Assembly: GCA_009784095.1 (NCBI GenBank) | Contig: WRDL01000001.1 | Coordinates: forward strand, 1-41,666 | DNA: 41,666 nucleotides | Origin: Coriobacteriia bacterium | Lineage (GTDB): Bacteria > Actinomycetota > Coriobacteriia > WRKU01 | Reading direction: 5' to 3' | Shown here: positions 27,629-36,617 of the stretch, one piece after another | Position numbering within the stretch: the stretch's first letter is position 1 | Layout: each line of letters opens with the position of its first letter | Translations under genes and position numbers: made by a program | Notes under the pieces: model-generated | What the model saw: the letters and a program-made list of their open reading frames with translations, nothing else | Told to the model about the DNA's origin: nothing | Database searches by the model: none

Positions 27629-28503
27629 AAGGTCATTCCTTCTTCCCCGGCTTTGGTGATCACTTCCATCAACTCGTCGTCAGGTGTGGTCGCACCCCAG
27701 ATACGTGCTTGCTCGAGCGCTTGTGCATAGAGCATCGCTCTGCCATCCAGCGCATCGATACCGCGCGAAGTTGCTTCCTTGATCAGCCGAGTGGTGCCGT
27801 GCGGGCGATAGACCACATCGAAGACACTCGCTGCGTACTCTTTGAACCACGAGAGCGGAAAGACCAACTCGTCATGGGCGGAGATTCCCAGAGTGGTGGC
27901 GTTGATTGCGCAGTCGAAACGCTTACCGGGTGGAACGGTCGAGGCGCTCAATCGGGTGACTTGCGCGCCACCCGATACGCTCTCTTCGACCGTATGGATG
28001 CATCCTTGTGCTTTGCCGAGCGAGCGACCGACCACCTGAATCATCGCTGCCTCTTGAGCTTGGAGTGCATAGACGATGGTGCGGGCAGTCGCACCGGTCC
28101 CGAACACTACGAACGTGCGGTACTTGATCGGTGAGAGTAGCTTCTGTATCGCGCTGGTGAACCCCGCGACATCGGTGTTGTCGACCTGCCACAACGCCGG
28201 TGTACCCTTCTTGATGCCCGTGCGCCGCGTCAATGTATTGGCGCTCTCCAGCGCGTCGACCTCCTCAGAGCGTTCGCCTTCCAGGTTCGCGACCAGTGGT
28301 TTATAGGGTGCGGTGATTGCAAGACCTTCAAAGGTACCCTCCGCAAGCCACGACGCAAGATCTTGCGCAAGTTGCTCTGCGGTGAGCGGATCGATCCGTC
28401 CCATCGTCGCGTCGCGGCCCTCATGCGCAAAGATCGCGTCATGGATAATCGGGGACAGTGAATGAGTGATGGGGGTTCCGATAACGGCGAATTTCTGGGG
28501 CAT
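27625..28503 (-). CDS. aroE: Shikimate dehydrogenase
   Basis: Contains VIGTPITHSLSPIIHD, NTDVAGF and FGTGATAR. Confidence 0.93.
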   Translation of the reverse strand: MPQKFAVIGTPITHSLSPIIHDAIFAHEGRDATMGRIDPLTAEQLAQDLASWLAEGTFEGLAITAPYKPLVANLEGERSEEVDALESANTLTRRTGIKKGTPALWQVDNTDVAGFTSAIQKLLSPIKYRTFVVFGTGATARTIVYALQAQEAAMIQVVGRSLGKAQGCIHTVEESVSGGAQVTRLSASTVPPGKRFDCAINATTLGISAHDELVFPLSWFKEYAASVFDVVYRPHGTTRLIKEATSRGIDALDGRAMLYAQALEQARIWGATTPDDELMEVITKAGEEGMTL

Positions 28504-28530
28504 AGGGTCTTCGGCGCTTTCTCTCGTAGT

Positions 28531-29025
28531 TTAAAGACTCTTGAGAGGTTGTCTCTCGCGAAGGATCAGTCTTTCCAGATGACGCAGCAATAAGGTGTGC
28601 TTCAGATCATATTCGGTCAGCGGCTTGACCATGATAGTCGTCATGAAGAGCAAAGTCCCGCCGAGCACATCGGTGAAGAACTGATCGCCGACGACCACGG
28701 CATGCCACGGCCAGGTTCGTTCTTTCCACAGACCGAGCAAGAACGCCGGCGGAAGCGGTTTGATCGCCTTATCGACGAAATCGACGTCCAACTGGGTCGA
28801 GGCCTCACTAACGCGTCCGAACCAACTGTTCGATACCATGACCACACCGATACCGGCCGCTTTGAGATCAGCGACCCACTTGATGATCTCGGGAGCCATA
28901 GCGTCCTCGTCTCGAGGAAGAATGGTATTGTCCAGATCGAGGACGACCGCTCTCTTGCCCTTCTCGGCAAGCCACTGGGGAGTGATACCCAATACCGATT
29001 CAAGATAATAGGTCGGGATCGCCAT
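28531..29025 (-). CDS. YqeG-family HAD-IIIA phosphatase
   Basis: Contains VVLDLDNTI, VMVSNS and VVGDQFFTDVLGG. 164 aa. Confidence 0.85.
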   Translation of the reverse strand: MAIPTYYLESVLGITPQWLAEKGKRAVVLDLDNTILPRDEDAMAPEIIKWVADLKAAGIGVVMVSNSWFGRVSEASTQLDVDFVDKAIKPLPPAFLLGLWKERTWPWHAVVVGDQFFTDVLGGTLLFMTTIMVKPLTEYDLKHTLLLRHLERLILRERQPLKSL

Positions 29026-30302
29026 TATTGTCCGAACACTTCTTGCGAGATGCGAGTCGCCTCTTCGTGCTCCTCGAATGTGGTCGAGAAGGTCTGCTCG
29101 CCGGTCGTGCTCGTCAAGACGAAATACAGATACTCGGTCTGCGCGGGACGGGCCGCCGCCTCAAGCGAGAGACGTGACGGTGATGCGATCGGTCCGGGAG
29201 GCAAACCTTCGTTGATGTAGGTGTTATACGGGCTCGAGATGCGCGTATCCGCGTCGCTTAACCGCAGGTCTGTCAGCCGCTCGGGCGGAAGCAGAAACTG
29301 GACGGTCGAGCAGAACTGGAGCAACATAGCGCTCTCGAGTCGATTATCTATCACGCTTGCGACCAGTGGGCGCTCGTCATCCAGACGCGCCTCGCGCTCG
29401 CAGAGGGAGGCGATGGTCACCAGCTCGGCAACGCTATAGCGCTCAAGTCTATCCGCTGGCACCTCGATCGACTTCCAGACCTCATCGAAACGTGCGAGCT
29501 GACGCTCGATGACGTCATCAACGGTCGCATCAGCGGTGAATTCATAGGTATCGGGGAACAGAAATCCCTCGAGGGAATCCATGAATGCTCCCTCGAGATA
29601 GGGATAGCGATCCACGTAATCGGGCGCCGCGCTCTTTGCGCGCTGCTCGAATTCGGTCGGAGAGAGACCGAGTTGATCGGCGACCGATTGGGCCACCTGA
29701 TCGATCCGCAGTCCCTCGATGATCGTCACGCGCACGATCTCGGCAGTCTCCGGAGGGATCGAGAGCGCCGCGATAGCGGCATCATAACCGCTCCCGGTGA
29801 TCAACATGAACCGTCCGGGTTGGAAGTAGGTCCCTCCCCCTTTGAGCCGAGCCATTATCTGGAACATGAGCGGATTGGCGACGATACCTCGCTCGACCAA
29901 GATGTTGGCGATATCTCTCACGCCCGAGCCTTCCGGGATGATGACGGCGACCTCTTTGCCAGGCTCCACATCAGGTCCTGTCGAGCGGATCAATTGATAC
30001 CACCCACAAAAGACCATTGAGATGATCAGTGCGGCGATTGCGACCAGTGCGATCAGCGCGACCAGTGGGCTTTTCGACCGATACGGTCTCAGCGTGCTGG
30101 TCGAATGTCTCAACGTATCGGTTGAATCTTTGCGTCTGCTCGCGCGCGTGGGAGAAGCACCGCTGTCATCGAGCGTACTCTTCCCTTCGTTTCGTGTCTC
30201 ACGATGGGTCAGACGCGAGGAATCATGCGCACGGATCCTATCGGAGAGTTTCTCGCCCTTCTCTTTGGGCTTTCTCGGTCTATAGTCGATAGAGCGACTC
30301 AC
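29025..30302 (-). CDS. mltG: Endolytic murein transglycosylase MltG (YceG-like)
   Basis: Has a long basic disordered N-terminus, a single TM, and a YceG domain with SPYNTYINEGLPPGPIASP. Confidence 0.92.
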   Translation of the reverse strand: MSRSIDYRPRKPKEKGEKLSDRIRAHDSSRLTHRETRNEGKSTLDDSGASPTRASRRKDSTDTLRHSTSTLRPYRSKSPLVALIALVAIAALIISMVFCGWYQLIRSTGPDVEPGKEVAVIIPEGSGVRDIANILVERGIVANPLMFQIMARLKGGGTYFQPGRFMLITGSGYDAAIAALSIPPETAEIVRVTIIEGLRIDQVAQSVADQLGLSPTEFEQRAKSAAPDYVDRYPYLEGAFMDSLEGFLFPDTYEFTADATVDDVIERQLARFDEVWKSIEVPADRLERYSVAELVTIASLCEREARLDDERPLVASVIDNRLESAMLLQFCSTVQFLLPPERLTDLRLSDADTRISSPYNTYINEGLPPGPIASPSRLSLEAAARPAQTEYLYFVLTSTTGEQTFSTTFEEHEEATRISQEVFGQ

Positions 30303-30305
30303 TGA

Positions 30306-30725
30306 TTAATCCATTCTCACTTGGTCCATATAGGTCTGCAGTAGGAGCGCGGCAGCGACCATATCGACGCGTCCGCGTGCTTCTTTCTCACTGGTGCCCG
30401 CCTCACGCATCGCTTTTTTTGCCTCTTTCGACGAAAGTCTCTCGTCGATGTAATGGATGGCAATACCGAGCGGCGCCAGATAGTCCGCGACGAATTCGCG
30501 TATCTGGCGCGCTTGTGGTCCTTCCTCCCCTTTCATGGTGAGCGGAAGACCGACCACCGCGCTGTGGATCTCATAATCCTCGATCAGACGTCTGAGTCCG
30601 CGCTGATCCGCTCTGAGCTCGACCACATCGAGTACGGCGAGCGGCGAGGCGATCGTTCGATTCGGATCTGAGATCGCGACCCCCATCCGTTTTTGACCGA
30701 TATCAAACCCTATCAAACGGCTCAT
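30306..30725 (-). CDS. ruvX: Holliday-junction-resolvase-like nuclease RuvX/YqgF
   Basis: Contains LIGFDIGQKRMGVAISD and DERLSSKEA. It overlaps alaS by 4 nt. Confidence 0.93.
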   Translation of the reverse strand: MSRLIGFDIGQKRMGVAISDPNRTIASPLAVLDVVELRADQRGLRRLIEDYEIHSAVVGLPLTMKGEEGPQARQIREFVADYLAPLGIAIHYIDERLSSKEAKKAMREAGTSEKEARGRVDMVAAALLLQTYMDQVRMD

Positions 30726-33346
30726 GATCGAAGCGTGACCCCTAAGATCTCGCCCACCTTGGCAAGGGCGTCGTCGATGTGCGCAATCTGATCGGCACCA
30801 CCTTGTGCCATCGTCGGTTTGCCCCCTCCACGACCGCCGAGCACATGCGCGATTTCCTTGACGAGCGCACCGGCGTCGAATCCACGTGCGACCGCCGCGT
30901 CATTGGCCGCCGCCAGATAGATAGCCTTCTTCGTATCTTTATCGGTGCCGATGAGCACGACCGCGTCACGTCCTTGGGTGCGAGTCGCATCCCAGTAGGG
31001 CTTGAGGTCTGCGGCGGACAAGTGGTCGACCTTATCGACGACGAGACGATAGCCCTCGATCTCATAGGTGATCTCATCAAGGGATCTCCCACTGTCCTCA
31101 GGTTTTGCGCTCAACGCCTGCTTGAGGCGTGCTTCGGTCTCTTTGAGCTTGGTAGCCAGCGTTGTGACACGATCGGCGACCTCGCGAGGTGCGACATGCA
31201 ATGTGGAGGCAGCGGCTTGGACCTGCCGATCTCGCTCGAGCAGATGCTCGTATGCATCCAGACTCGTCACCGCCTCGATGCGGCGCAGGTTCGCGCCGAC
31301 CGACTCCTCATTGATGATCTTGAACAGACCTATCTCGGCGCTTCTCCCGACATGCGTGCCACCGCAGAGCTCCTTGGAGAACGCGTCTATATCGATGACC
31401 CGTACGAACTCACCGTACTTCTCTCCGAACAGCGCGGTCACCCCTTGTTCGCGGGCGGTCTCAAGTGATGTCTCGAACGCGCGGACCGGGATATTCTCGA
31501 ATATTTTACGATTTACTAGGTGCTCGACCTCGTCGATCTGCTCGTCGGTAAGCGCTTCAAAATGCGTGAAGTCGAAACGCAGACGTTGCGGCGCCACCAA
31601 GCTTCCGGCTTGAGCCACATGGGAGCCCAAGACCTTGCGCAGCGCGGTATGAAGCAGATGCGTAGCGGTGTGGTTGCGGGCGATGCGCTCTCTGCGCTGT
31701 GCGTCGATCGACACGCTCACCTTGTCGCCCACTTTGAGCGAACCTTCTTTGACACGTCCGCGATGAAGATAGTGACCCTCATTGATCGACGTATTCTTTA
31801 CTTTGAACAGCGCACCTTCCGCGGTCCTGATGTGGGCCTTATCTCCTGATTGACCGCCCTGCTCGCCATAGGCGGAAGTGCGATCGAGCAGTATCTCACC
31901 GCTCTGACCGGGCTCTAACGCATCGACGCGCTTACCCTTGCGGATCAGCGCGAGCACCGTCGCATCGGTCTCATCGAGCGCGTAGCCGACAAAATCGGTC
32001 GGCTCGAACTCACGCGCGAGTTCGGTGTATACGCTGCTTTGGTCCCAGCCCTCATCTTTTGCCGTGGCGCGCGCGCGACTCTTCTGCTCTTCCATACGAG
32101 TAAGATATCCTTCCTCGTCAACGTTGATAGCGCGTTCCCCGGCTATCTCGACGGTCAGATCGAAGGGGAACCCGTAGGTGTCGTGCAAGACGAAAATGGT
32201 CTCACCGTCGAGCGTGTCGCCCTCAGCAAGTGAACCAAGCGCCTCGTCCAGATACGCCAGCCCGGTGCGCAGTGTAGCGCTGAAACGCTCCTCCTCTGCG
32301 GCAACGACGCCCGCGATCAAGTCGCGATGCTCGGATAACTCGGGATAGGCATCGGACATATTCTCGATGACCTGGTCGGTCATCTGCACCATGAACGGAT
32401 CGGAGACGCCGAGTAAGCGTGCGTGCAAAACCGCCCGGCGCAACAGACGGCGCAAAATGTAACCGCGTCCCTCATTTGAGGGCAGCACGCCATCGGCGAT
32501 CAGGAACGCGACGGCACGCGCATGATCGGTGATGATGCGCAACGACACGTCGGATCTTGGATCGCGTCCGTACGTGGTATGGGTGATCTCCTGAATGAGC
32601 GTCATGATATTTTGCATCAGATCGATCTCGTAGTTGGATTGCACCCCTTGCATGATGGCGGCCATACGCTCAAGACCGAGTCCGGTATCGACGCTCAGCG
32701 CGCTGAGCGGAGCGAGGTTACCCTTTTCGTCACGATCATACTGCATGAACACGAGGTTCCAGTACTCAACGAAGCGGTCGCATTCACAGCCTACTTTACA
32801 GTCGGGACCGCACGAATACTCCTCGCCACGGTCATAATACAGTTCGCTACAGGGGCCGCATGGACCGGTCGGTCCGGCAGCCCAGAAATTATCTTCCTCG
32901 CCAAAGCGCACAACACGTTCGGCAGGGATGTCGGTCAGCTCGACCCAAAGGTCTGCCGCCTCATCGTCATCGGTGAACACCGATGCCCATAGGCGATCGG
33001 ACTCCAATCCCAGAATCTCGGTGGAATACTCATAGGCCCATGAGATCGCCTCGCGCTTGAAGTAGTCGCCGAAGCTGAAATTGCCGAGCATCTCGAAGAA
33101 CGAGAGGTGTCGACCGGTCGTGCCGATGATATCGATGTCGTTGGTACGCACGCATTTTTGCGCGGTCGTGGCGCGTGTGGTATCGAGTTTCTTAATACCG
33201 AGGAACACCGGTTTGAAAGGTACCATGCCGGCGACGGTCAAAAGAAGCGCAGGGTCATCGGGAACAAGCGACGCACTCGGAAGGCGTGTGCATCCTTTAC
33301 CCTCGAAAAAATCGAGAAAACTCTCGCGGATCTCAGCGGTTTGCAT
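30722..33346 (-). CDS. alaS: Alanine--tRNA ligase
   Basis: 874 aa with a class II core (FFEMLGNFSFGDYFK), an editing domain (HTATHLLH, CGGTHV) and a C-terminal DHHA1-type domain. Confidence 0.98.
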   Translation of the reverse strand: MQTAEIRESFLDFFEGKGCTRLPSASLVPDDPALLLTVAGMVPFKPVFLGIKKLDTTRATTAQKCVRTNDIDIIGTTGRHLSFFEMLGNFSFGDYFKREAISWAYEYSTEILGLESDRLWASVFTDDDEAADLWVELTDIPAERVVRFGEEDNFWAAGPTGPCGPCSELYYDRGEEYSCGPDCKVGCECDRFVEYWNLVFMQYDRDEKGNLAPLSALSVDTGLGLERMAAIMQGVQSNYEIDLMQNIMTLIQEITHTTYGRDPRSDVSLRIITDHARAVAFLIADGVLPSNEGRGYILRRLLRRAVLHARLLGVSDPFMVQMTDQVIENMSDAYPELSEHRDLIAGVVAAEEERFSATLRTGLAYLDEALGSLAEGDTLDGETIFVLHDTYGFPFDLTVEIAGERAINVDEEGYLTRMEEQKSRARATAKDEGWDQSSVYTELAREFEPTDFVGYALDETDATVLALIRKGKRVDALEPGQSGEILLDRTSAYGEQGGQSGDKAHIRTAEGALFKVKNTSINEGHYLHRGRVKEGSLKVGDKVSVSIDAQRRERIARNHTATHLLHTALRKVLGSHVAQAGSLVAPQRLRFDFTHFEALTDEQIDEVEHLVNRKIFENIPVRAFETSLETAREQGVTALFGEKYGEFVRVIDIDAFSKELCGGTHVGRSAEIGLFKIINEESVGANLRRIEAVTSLDAYEHLLERDRQVQAAASTLHVAPREVADRVTTLATKLKETEARLKQALSAKPEDSGRSLDEITYEIEGYRLVVDKVDHLSAADLKPYWDATRTQGRDAVVLIGTDKDTKKAIYLAAANDAAVARGFDAGALVKEIAHVLGGRGGGKPTMAQGGADQIAHIDDALAKVGEILGVTLRS

Positions 33347-33355
33347 GTAGGTTCC

Positions 33356-33934
33356 TTAATCTTTCGGAACGGTCACTTCATCGAAGACGACCTCTACGGC
33401 GCCTTCATCGGCGAGCTCGTCAAGATAGACGACCTTCTCGGTCGGATAATCGCCTGACAGGTCGCTCTCTTCGAGCACGACATACCGGGGTACGACCTCA
33501 TCATCGTCGACCTCGCCGCTCGCCATACCGCTCTTGCGTGCGTCTTGCGCCTCTGCGCGACGCTCGCGTATGACAGTACGGACCCGGCTCGCGAAATCGG
33601 TGACCACATCGACCGGTGTATTGACCAGCCCGGAGATCGAATCCGAGGTCTTCTCGACCTTCTTCGTCGCGTTCTCGACAGTCGAGATGATCGAATCGAT
33701 ACGGAGAAGCTCCATGTTGACGGCGTCGACGGTCACACCCGCTTTAGTGATCAGCGGCATCGCGTTGGACCGTAGATCCGCAAGCGTATCGGTCGCCTCG
33801 GCAAGCGTCTTATTGGCCTGTGCCAAGGTGGTATCCAATACGTCGAACGTCTTTGAGGCTCTCCAGAATAGATACGCCAAAGCTAAAAGGGCGATGACTC
33901 CCGCACCGTAGAGAACCGGTTCCATAAATTCCAT
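33356..33934 (-). CDS. DUF948 domain membrane-anchored protein
   Basis: Has an N-terminal TM followed by a helical LAEATDTLADLRSNAMPLI..V..VN type repeat region and an acidic tail. It lies 9 nt upstream of alaS. Confidence 0.7.
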   Translation of the reverse strand: MEFMEPVLYGAGVIALLALAYLFWRASKTFDVLDTTLAQANKTLAEATDTLADLRSNAMPLITKAGVTVDAVNMELLRIDSIISTVENATKKVEKTSDSISGLVNTPVDVVTDFASRVRTVIRERRAEAQDARKSGMASGEVDDDEVVPRYVVLEESDLSGDYPTEKVVYLDELADEGAVEVVFDEVTVPKD

Positions 33935-34095
33935 GCTCGTGCACCTCCGTAGAGTCGAAGTGTATCCGAATGCTTCATTTTACTATAGTGAGTGTGACAC
34001 GGGGGTCGAACTCGTTTGTACTACATGTGATGAACAAGAGTTCTCAACGAGCTGGTGAAGTATCATGAAATAAGTTGAAAAGGAAGGGATCACAA

Positions 34096-34698
34096 ATGCC
34101 TCGTGCTTCGACGCGCAACATAGCGATCGCGCTTGTGGCGGCGCTCGCCATAGCGGGTGGCTACATCGCAGACTTCTTCGGTGTTTCCCTGCCCGGGCTT
34201 TCGACCCCCCTCTCCACTGACTCAAGCTACGATGGATCCACTCTCCTGCGTGGAGAGATCGACAAGATCGTCGATGGTGATACGGTCTATATCAGATTCA
34301 CTGATGGCTCACGTCGCAAAGCCCGCCTTATCGGCATCGACACTCCTGAGCTCAATCAAGCGAGCAACAGTGAGCCGTCCGGGCAAAAAGGTCCGGAACC
34401 TGGAGCAGTGGAGGCGAAAGCATTCGTCGAGCACGTACTCTCTGGTCAGCAGACCGTGTGGGTCGAATATGACCTTGAGCCACACGACCGCTACGGGCGC
34501 GATCTGGTCTACGTATGGCTGAGCGATCCTTCCGAAGAGGTCTCGATCGAGAGCGATATGCTCAACGGACTTATCCTTGCCAGCGGATGGGCTGAAGCAA
34601 TCCGCGTAAAACCGAATGCGAAATATTATGACATCTTCAGATCCATTGAGAAGCGTGCGAAAGACGCCGGACTTGGCATCTGGGGATTCGATCGTTGA
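34096..34698 (+). CDS. Membrane-anchored thermonuclease (SNase / micrococcal nuclease family)
   Basis: ATG 34096 follows GGAAGGGA. It has an N-terminal signal anchor (IAIALVAALAIAGG) and the SNase motifs VDGDTVYI, ARLIGIDTPE and YGRDLVYVWL. Confidence 0.9.
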   Translation: MPRASTRNIAIALVAALAIAGGYIADFFGVSLPGLSTPLSTDSSYDGSTLLRGEIDKIVDGDTVYIRFTDGSRRKARLIGIDTPELNQASNSEPSGQKGPEPGAVEAKAFVEHVLSGQQTVWVEYDLEPHDRYGRDLVYVWLSDPSEEVSIESDMLNGLILASGWAEAIRVKPNAKYYDIFRSIEKRAKDAGLGIWGFDR

Positions 34699-34735
34699 GG
34701 TACCATGGGAGCATCGAATAAAGAGGAGGAATCCC

Positions 34736-35014
34736 TTGAATGAACTGACACAACTCCCCAATATCGGCAAAGCAAGCGCTGACCTGCTGGGCGAAGCGGG
34801 AATACGATCGTATGATGATCTCGTCTCGATCGGCAGCAGGGACGCGTGGCTGAGAACACGCCAGATCGATCCTGGTACTTGAGTGAACTTCCTGATGGGT
34901 CTGGAAGGCGCCATCCAAGGGGTGCGGAGAGGAGAGCTGCCTGACTCTGATAAAGCGCAGCTCAAAGACTTCTATCGTACGCACAGCCAGCCTGATTTCG
35001 ACCACGACAGATGA
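34736..35014 (+). pseudogene. TfoX/Sxy C-terminal (HhH) domain gene interrupted by an in-frame TGA at 34880-34882
   Basis: TTG 34736 lies 6 nt after AGGAGG. Codons 1-48 read LNELTQLPNIGKASADLLGEAGIRSYDDLVSIGSRDAWLRTRQIDPGT and are followed by TGA. The same frame then stays open for 43 more codons, VNFLMGLEGAIQGVRRGELPDSDKAQLKDFY..., which continues the TfoX_C pattern (LEGAI.G....LP) to TGA 35012-35014. Confidence 0.7.
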
Positions 35015-35023
35015 GGGAACATC

Positions 35024-36523
35024 ATGTATCTTAACAATAGGAACACGATCTGGATCGCGACCGGCAAACAAGGGAGCGAGCCGATCTATCTCCTTCCCCA
35101 TATGATGAACCGCCACGGGTTGGTGACCGGCGCGACCGGTACCGGTAAGACCACGACGATCAAGGTGATGGCCGAGGCTTTCTCGGATATGGGAACTTCA
35201 GTATTCATGGCCGATATCAAAGGTGATGTTTCGGGTCTGTGCATTCCCGGCGAGCCGAGTGAGGCGCTCGATACGCGTCTGGCCTTGATGGGCATCACCG
35301 ATTTCACCTTTTCCGGCTATCCTGTGCGCTTCTTCGACCTCTATGGCGAGAACGGTATCCCCGTGCGGGTCACGGTCTCGAGCATGGGACCACTGCTGCT
35401 CTCGCGGATTTTAAGCCTCAATGACACGCAGACCGGAGTGCTTCAGATCATATTCAAGTTCTCCGATGACAATGGATTGCTGATGCTCGACTTCAAGGAC
35501 CTTCGCAGCATGGTACAGTACGCCGGTGAGAATGCCAAGACCTTCGCATCAGAGTACGGCAACATCTCCCCTGCCAGCATCGGCGCGATCCAGCGCCGCC
35601 TCCTTGAGCTGGAAATGGCGGGAGGCGATCGTTTCTTCGGAGAGCCTGAGCTTGATCTGCGCGACTGGTTCGGAGTCGACGAGCAGGGGCGCGGCTACAT
35701 CAATATCCTGGACTGCGTCACCTTATTCCAAAACCCTCTTCTGTATTCCACCTTTTTACTTTGGATGCTCTCTGAACTCTACGAATTGTTGCCTGAAGTG
35801 GGCGATCTCGATCGACCGAAGATGGTGTTCTTCTTCGATGAGGCCCATCTTCTTTTCTCCGACGCACCCAAGGCACTACTCCAAAAGATCGAGCAGGTCA
35901 TCCGGCTCATCCGCTCCAAAGGAGTCGGCATATTCTTCATCACACAAAGCCCCGGCGACATCCCCGATTCCGTGCTCGCGCAGCTCGGCAATAAGATCCA
36001 GCACGCACTGCGCGCCTATACACCCAATGACCAGAAGGTCATCAAAGCGGCAGCAGCGTCATTTAGGCCTAATCCTGAGTTCGACTCGGCAACCGCGATC
36101 AGCGATCTGGCGACCGGAGAAGCGCTGATATCGGCTTTGGATGAGAAGGGCGCGCCTGAGATGATACAGCGCGGATTCATCCTCTCTCCGCACTGCAGTT
36201 TTGGGGTCGCGGATCCGACCTTCGTCGAACAGATCACCCGGTCATCGCCGCTCTATACCAAATACCGTGAGACATTCGATCGCCACTCGGCGTACGAAGC
36301 GCTCGATGAGATGGCGCAACGTAAAGCAGCACAAGACGAGCAGGACATGGTTGAGGCGCAACGGCAAAAAGAGCTCAGGCAGCGCGAGAAAGCCGCTTCG
36401 AAACCGCGTTCGCGCAACGCGTCGACCCCGCTTGAGAAAGCGCTATCAAGCAGCCTCTCTCAGATCGGTCGCTCGGTCAGCCGTGAGCTGGTGCGCGGTG
36501 CATTCGGCACGTTCAAGAAGTAG
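35024..36523 (+). CDS. HerA-like ATPase, DUF853 / YjgR family
   Basis: The N-terminus LLPHMMNRHGLVTGATGTGKTTTIKVMAEAFSDMGTSVFMADIKGDVSGL closely follows the YjgR pattern. Walker B is MVFFFDEAHLLF. The C-terminal tail is basic. ATG follows GAGGGAA. Confidence 0.9.
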   Translation: MYLNNRNTIWIATGKQGSEPIYLLPHMMNRHGLVTGATGTGKTTTIKVMAEAFSDMGTSVFMADIKGDVSGLCIPGEPSEALDTRLALMGITDFTFSGYPVRFFDLYGENGIPVRVTVSSMGPLLLSRILSLNDTQTGVLQIIFKFSDDNGLLMLDFKDLRSMVQYAGENAKTFASEYGNISPASIGAIQRRLLELEMAGGDRFFGEPELDLRDWFGVDEQGRGYINILDCVTLFQNPLLYSTFLLWMLSELYELLPEVGDLDRPKMVFFFDEAHLLFSDAPKALLQKIEQVIRLIRSKGVGIFFITQSPGDIPDSVLAQLGNKIQHALRAYTPNDQKVIKAAAASFRPNPEFDSATAISDLATGEALISALDEKGAPEMIQRGFILSPHCSFGVADPTFVEQITRSSPLYTKYRETFDRHSAYEALDEMAQRKAAQDEQDMVEAQRQKELRQREKAASKPRSRNASTPLEKALSSSLSQIGRSVSRELVRGAFGTFKK

Positions 36524-36563
36524 TACGCAGCTCGGCTCGTTCTAAAGCAGTACCGAGAGAGAA

Positions 36564-36586
36564 ACACCGCCCTGGTAGGGGCGGTG
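36564..36586. terminator. Bidirectional terminator between convergent genes
   Basis: ACACCGCCC-TGGTA-GGGCGGTGT forms a 9-bp perfect stem. An A-rich tract (GAGAGAGAAA) lies upstream and CTATTCTTGTG downstream. Confidence 0.75.
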
Positions 36587-36617
36587 TCTATTCTTGTGAG
36601 TATGATTTTTCTGCTTG

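Noticed and set aside
34883-34920. SECIS element downstream of the in-frame TGA of the TfoX_C gene
   Set aside because: Only 4-5 bp stems can be drawn, and the better one starts too close to the UGA compared with canonical bacterial SECIS geometry. It is kept as a caveat inside the finding, not called as a feature.
34309-35116. Two minus-strand ORFs (218 aa and 159 aa) opposite the nuclease, TfoX_C and HerA-like start region
   Set aside because: They are antisense to genes with clear family motifs and good SD sites. They have no recognisable domains and unusual composition.
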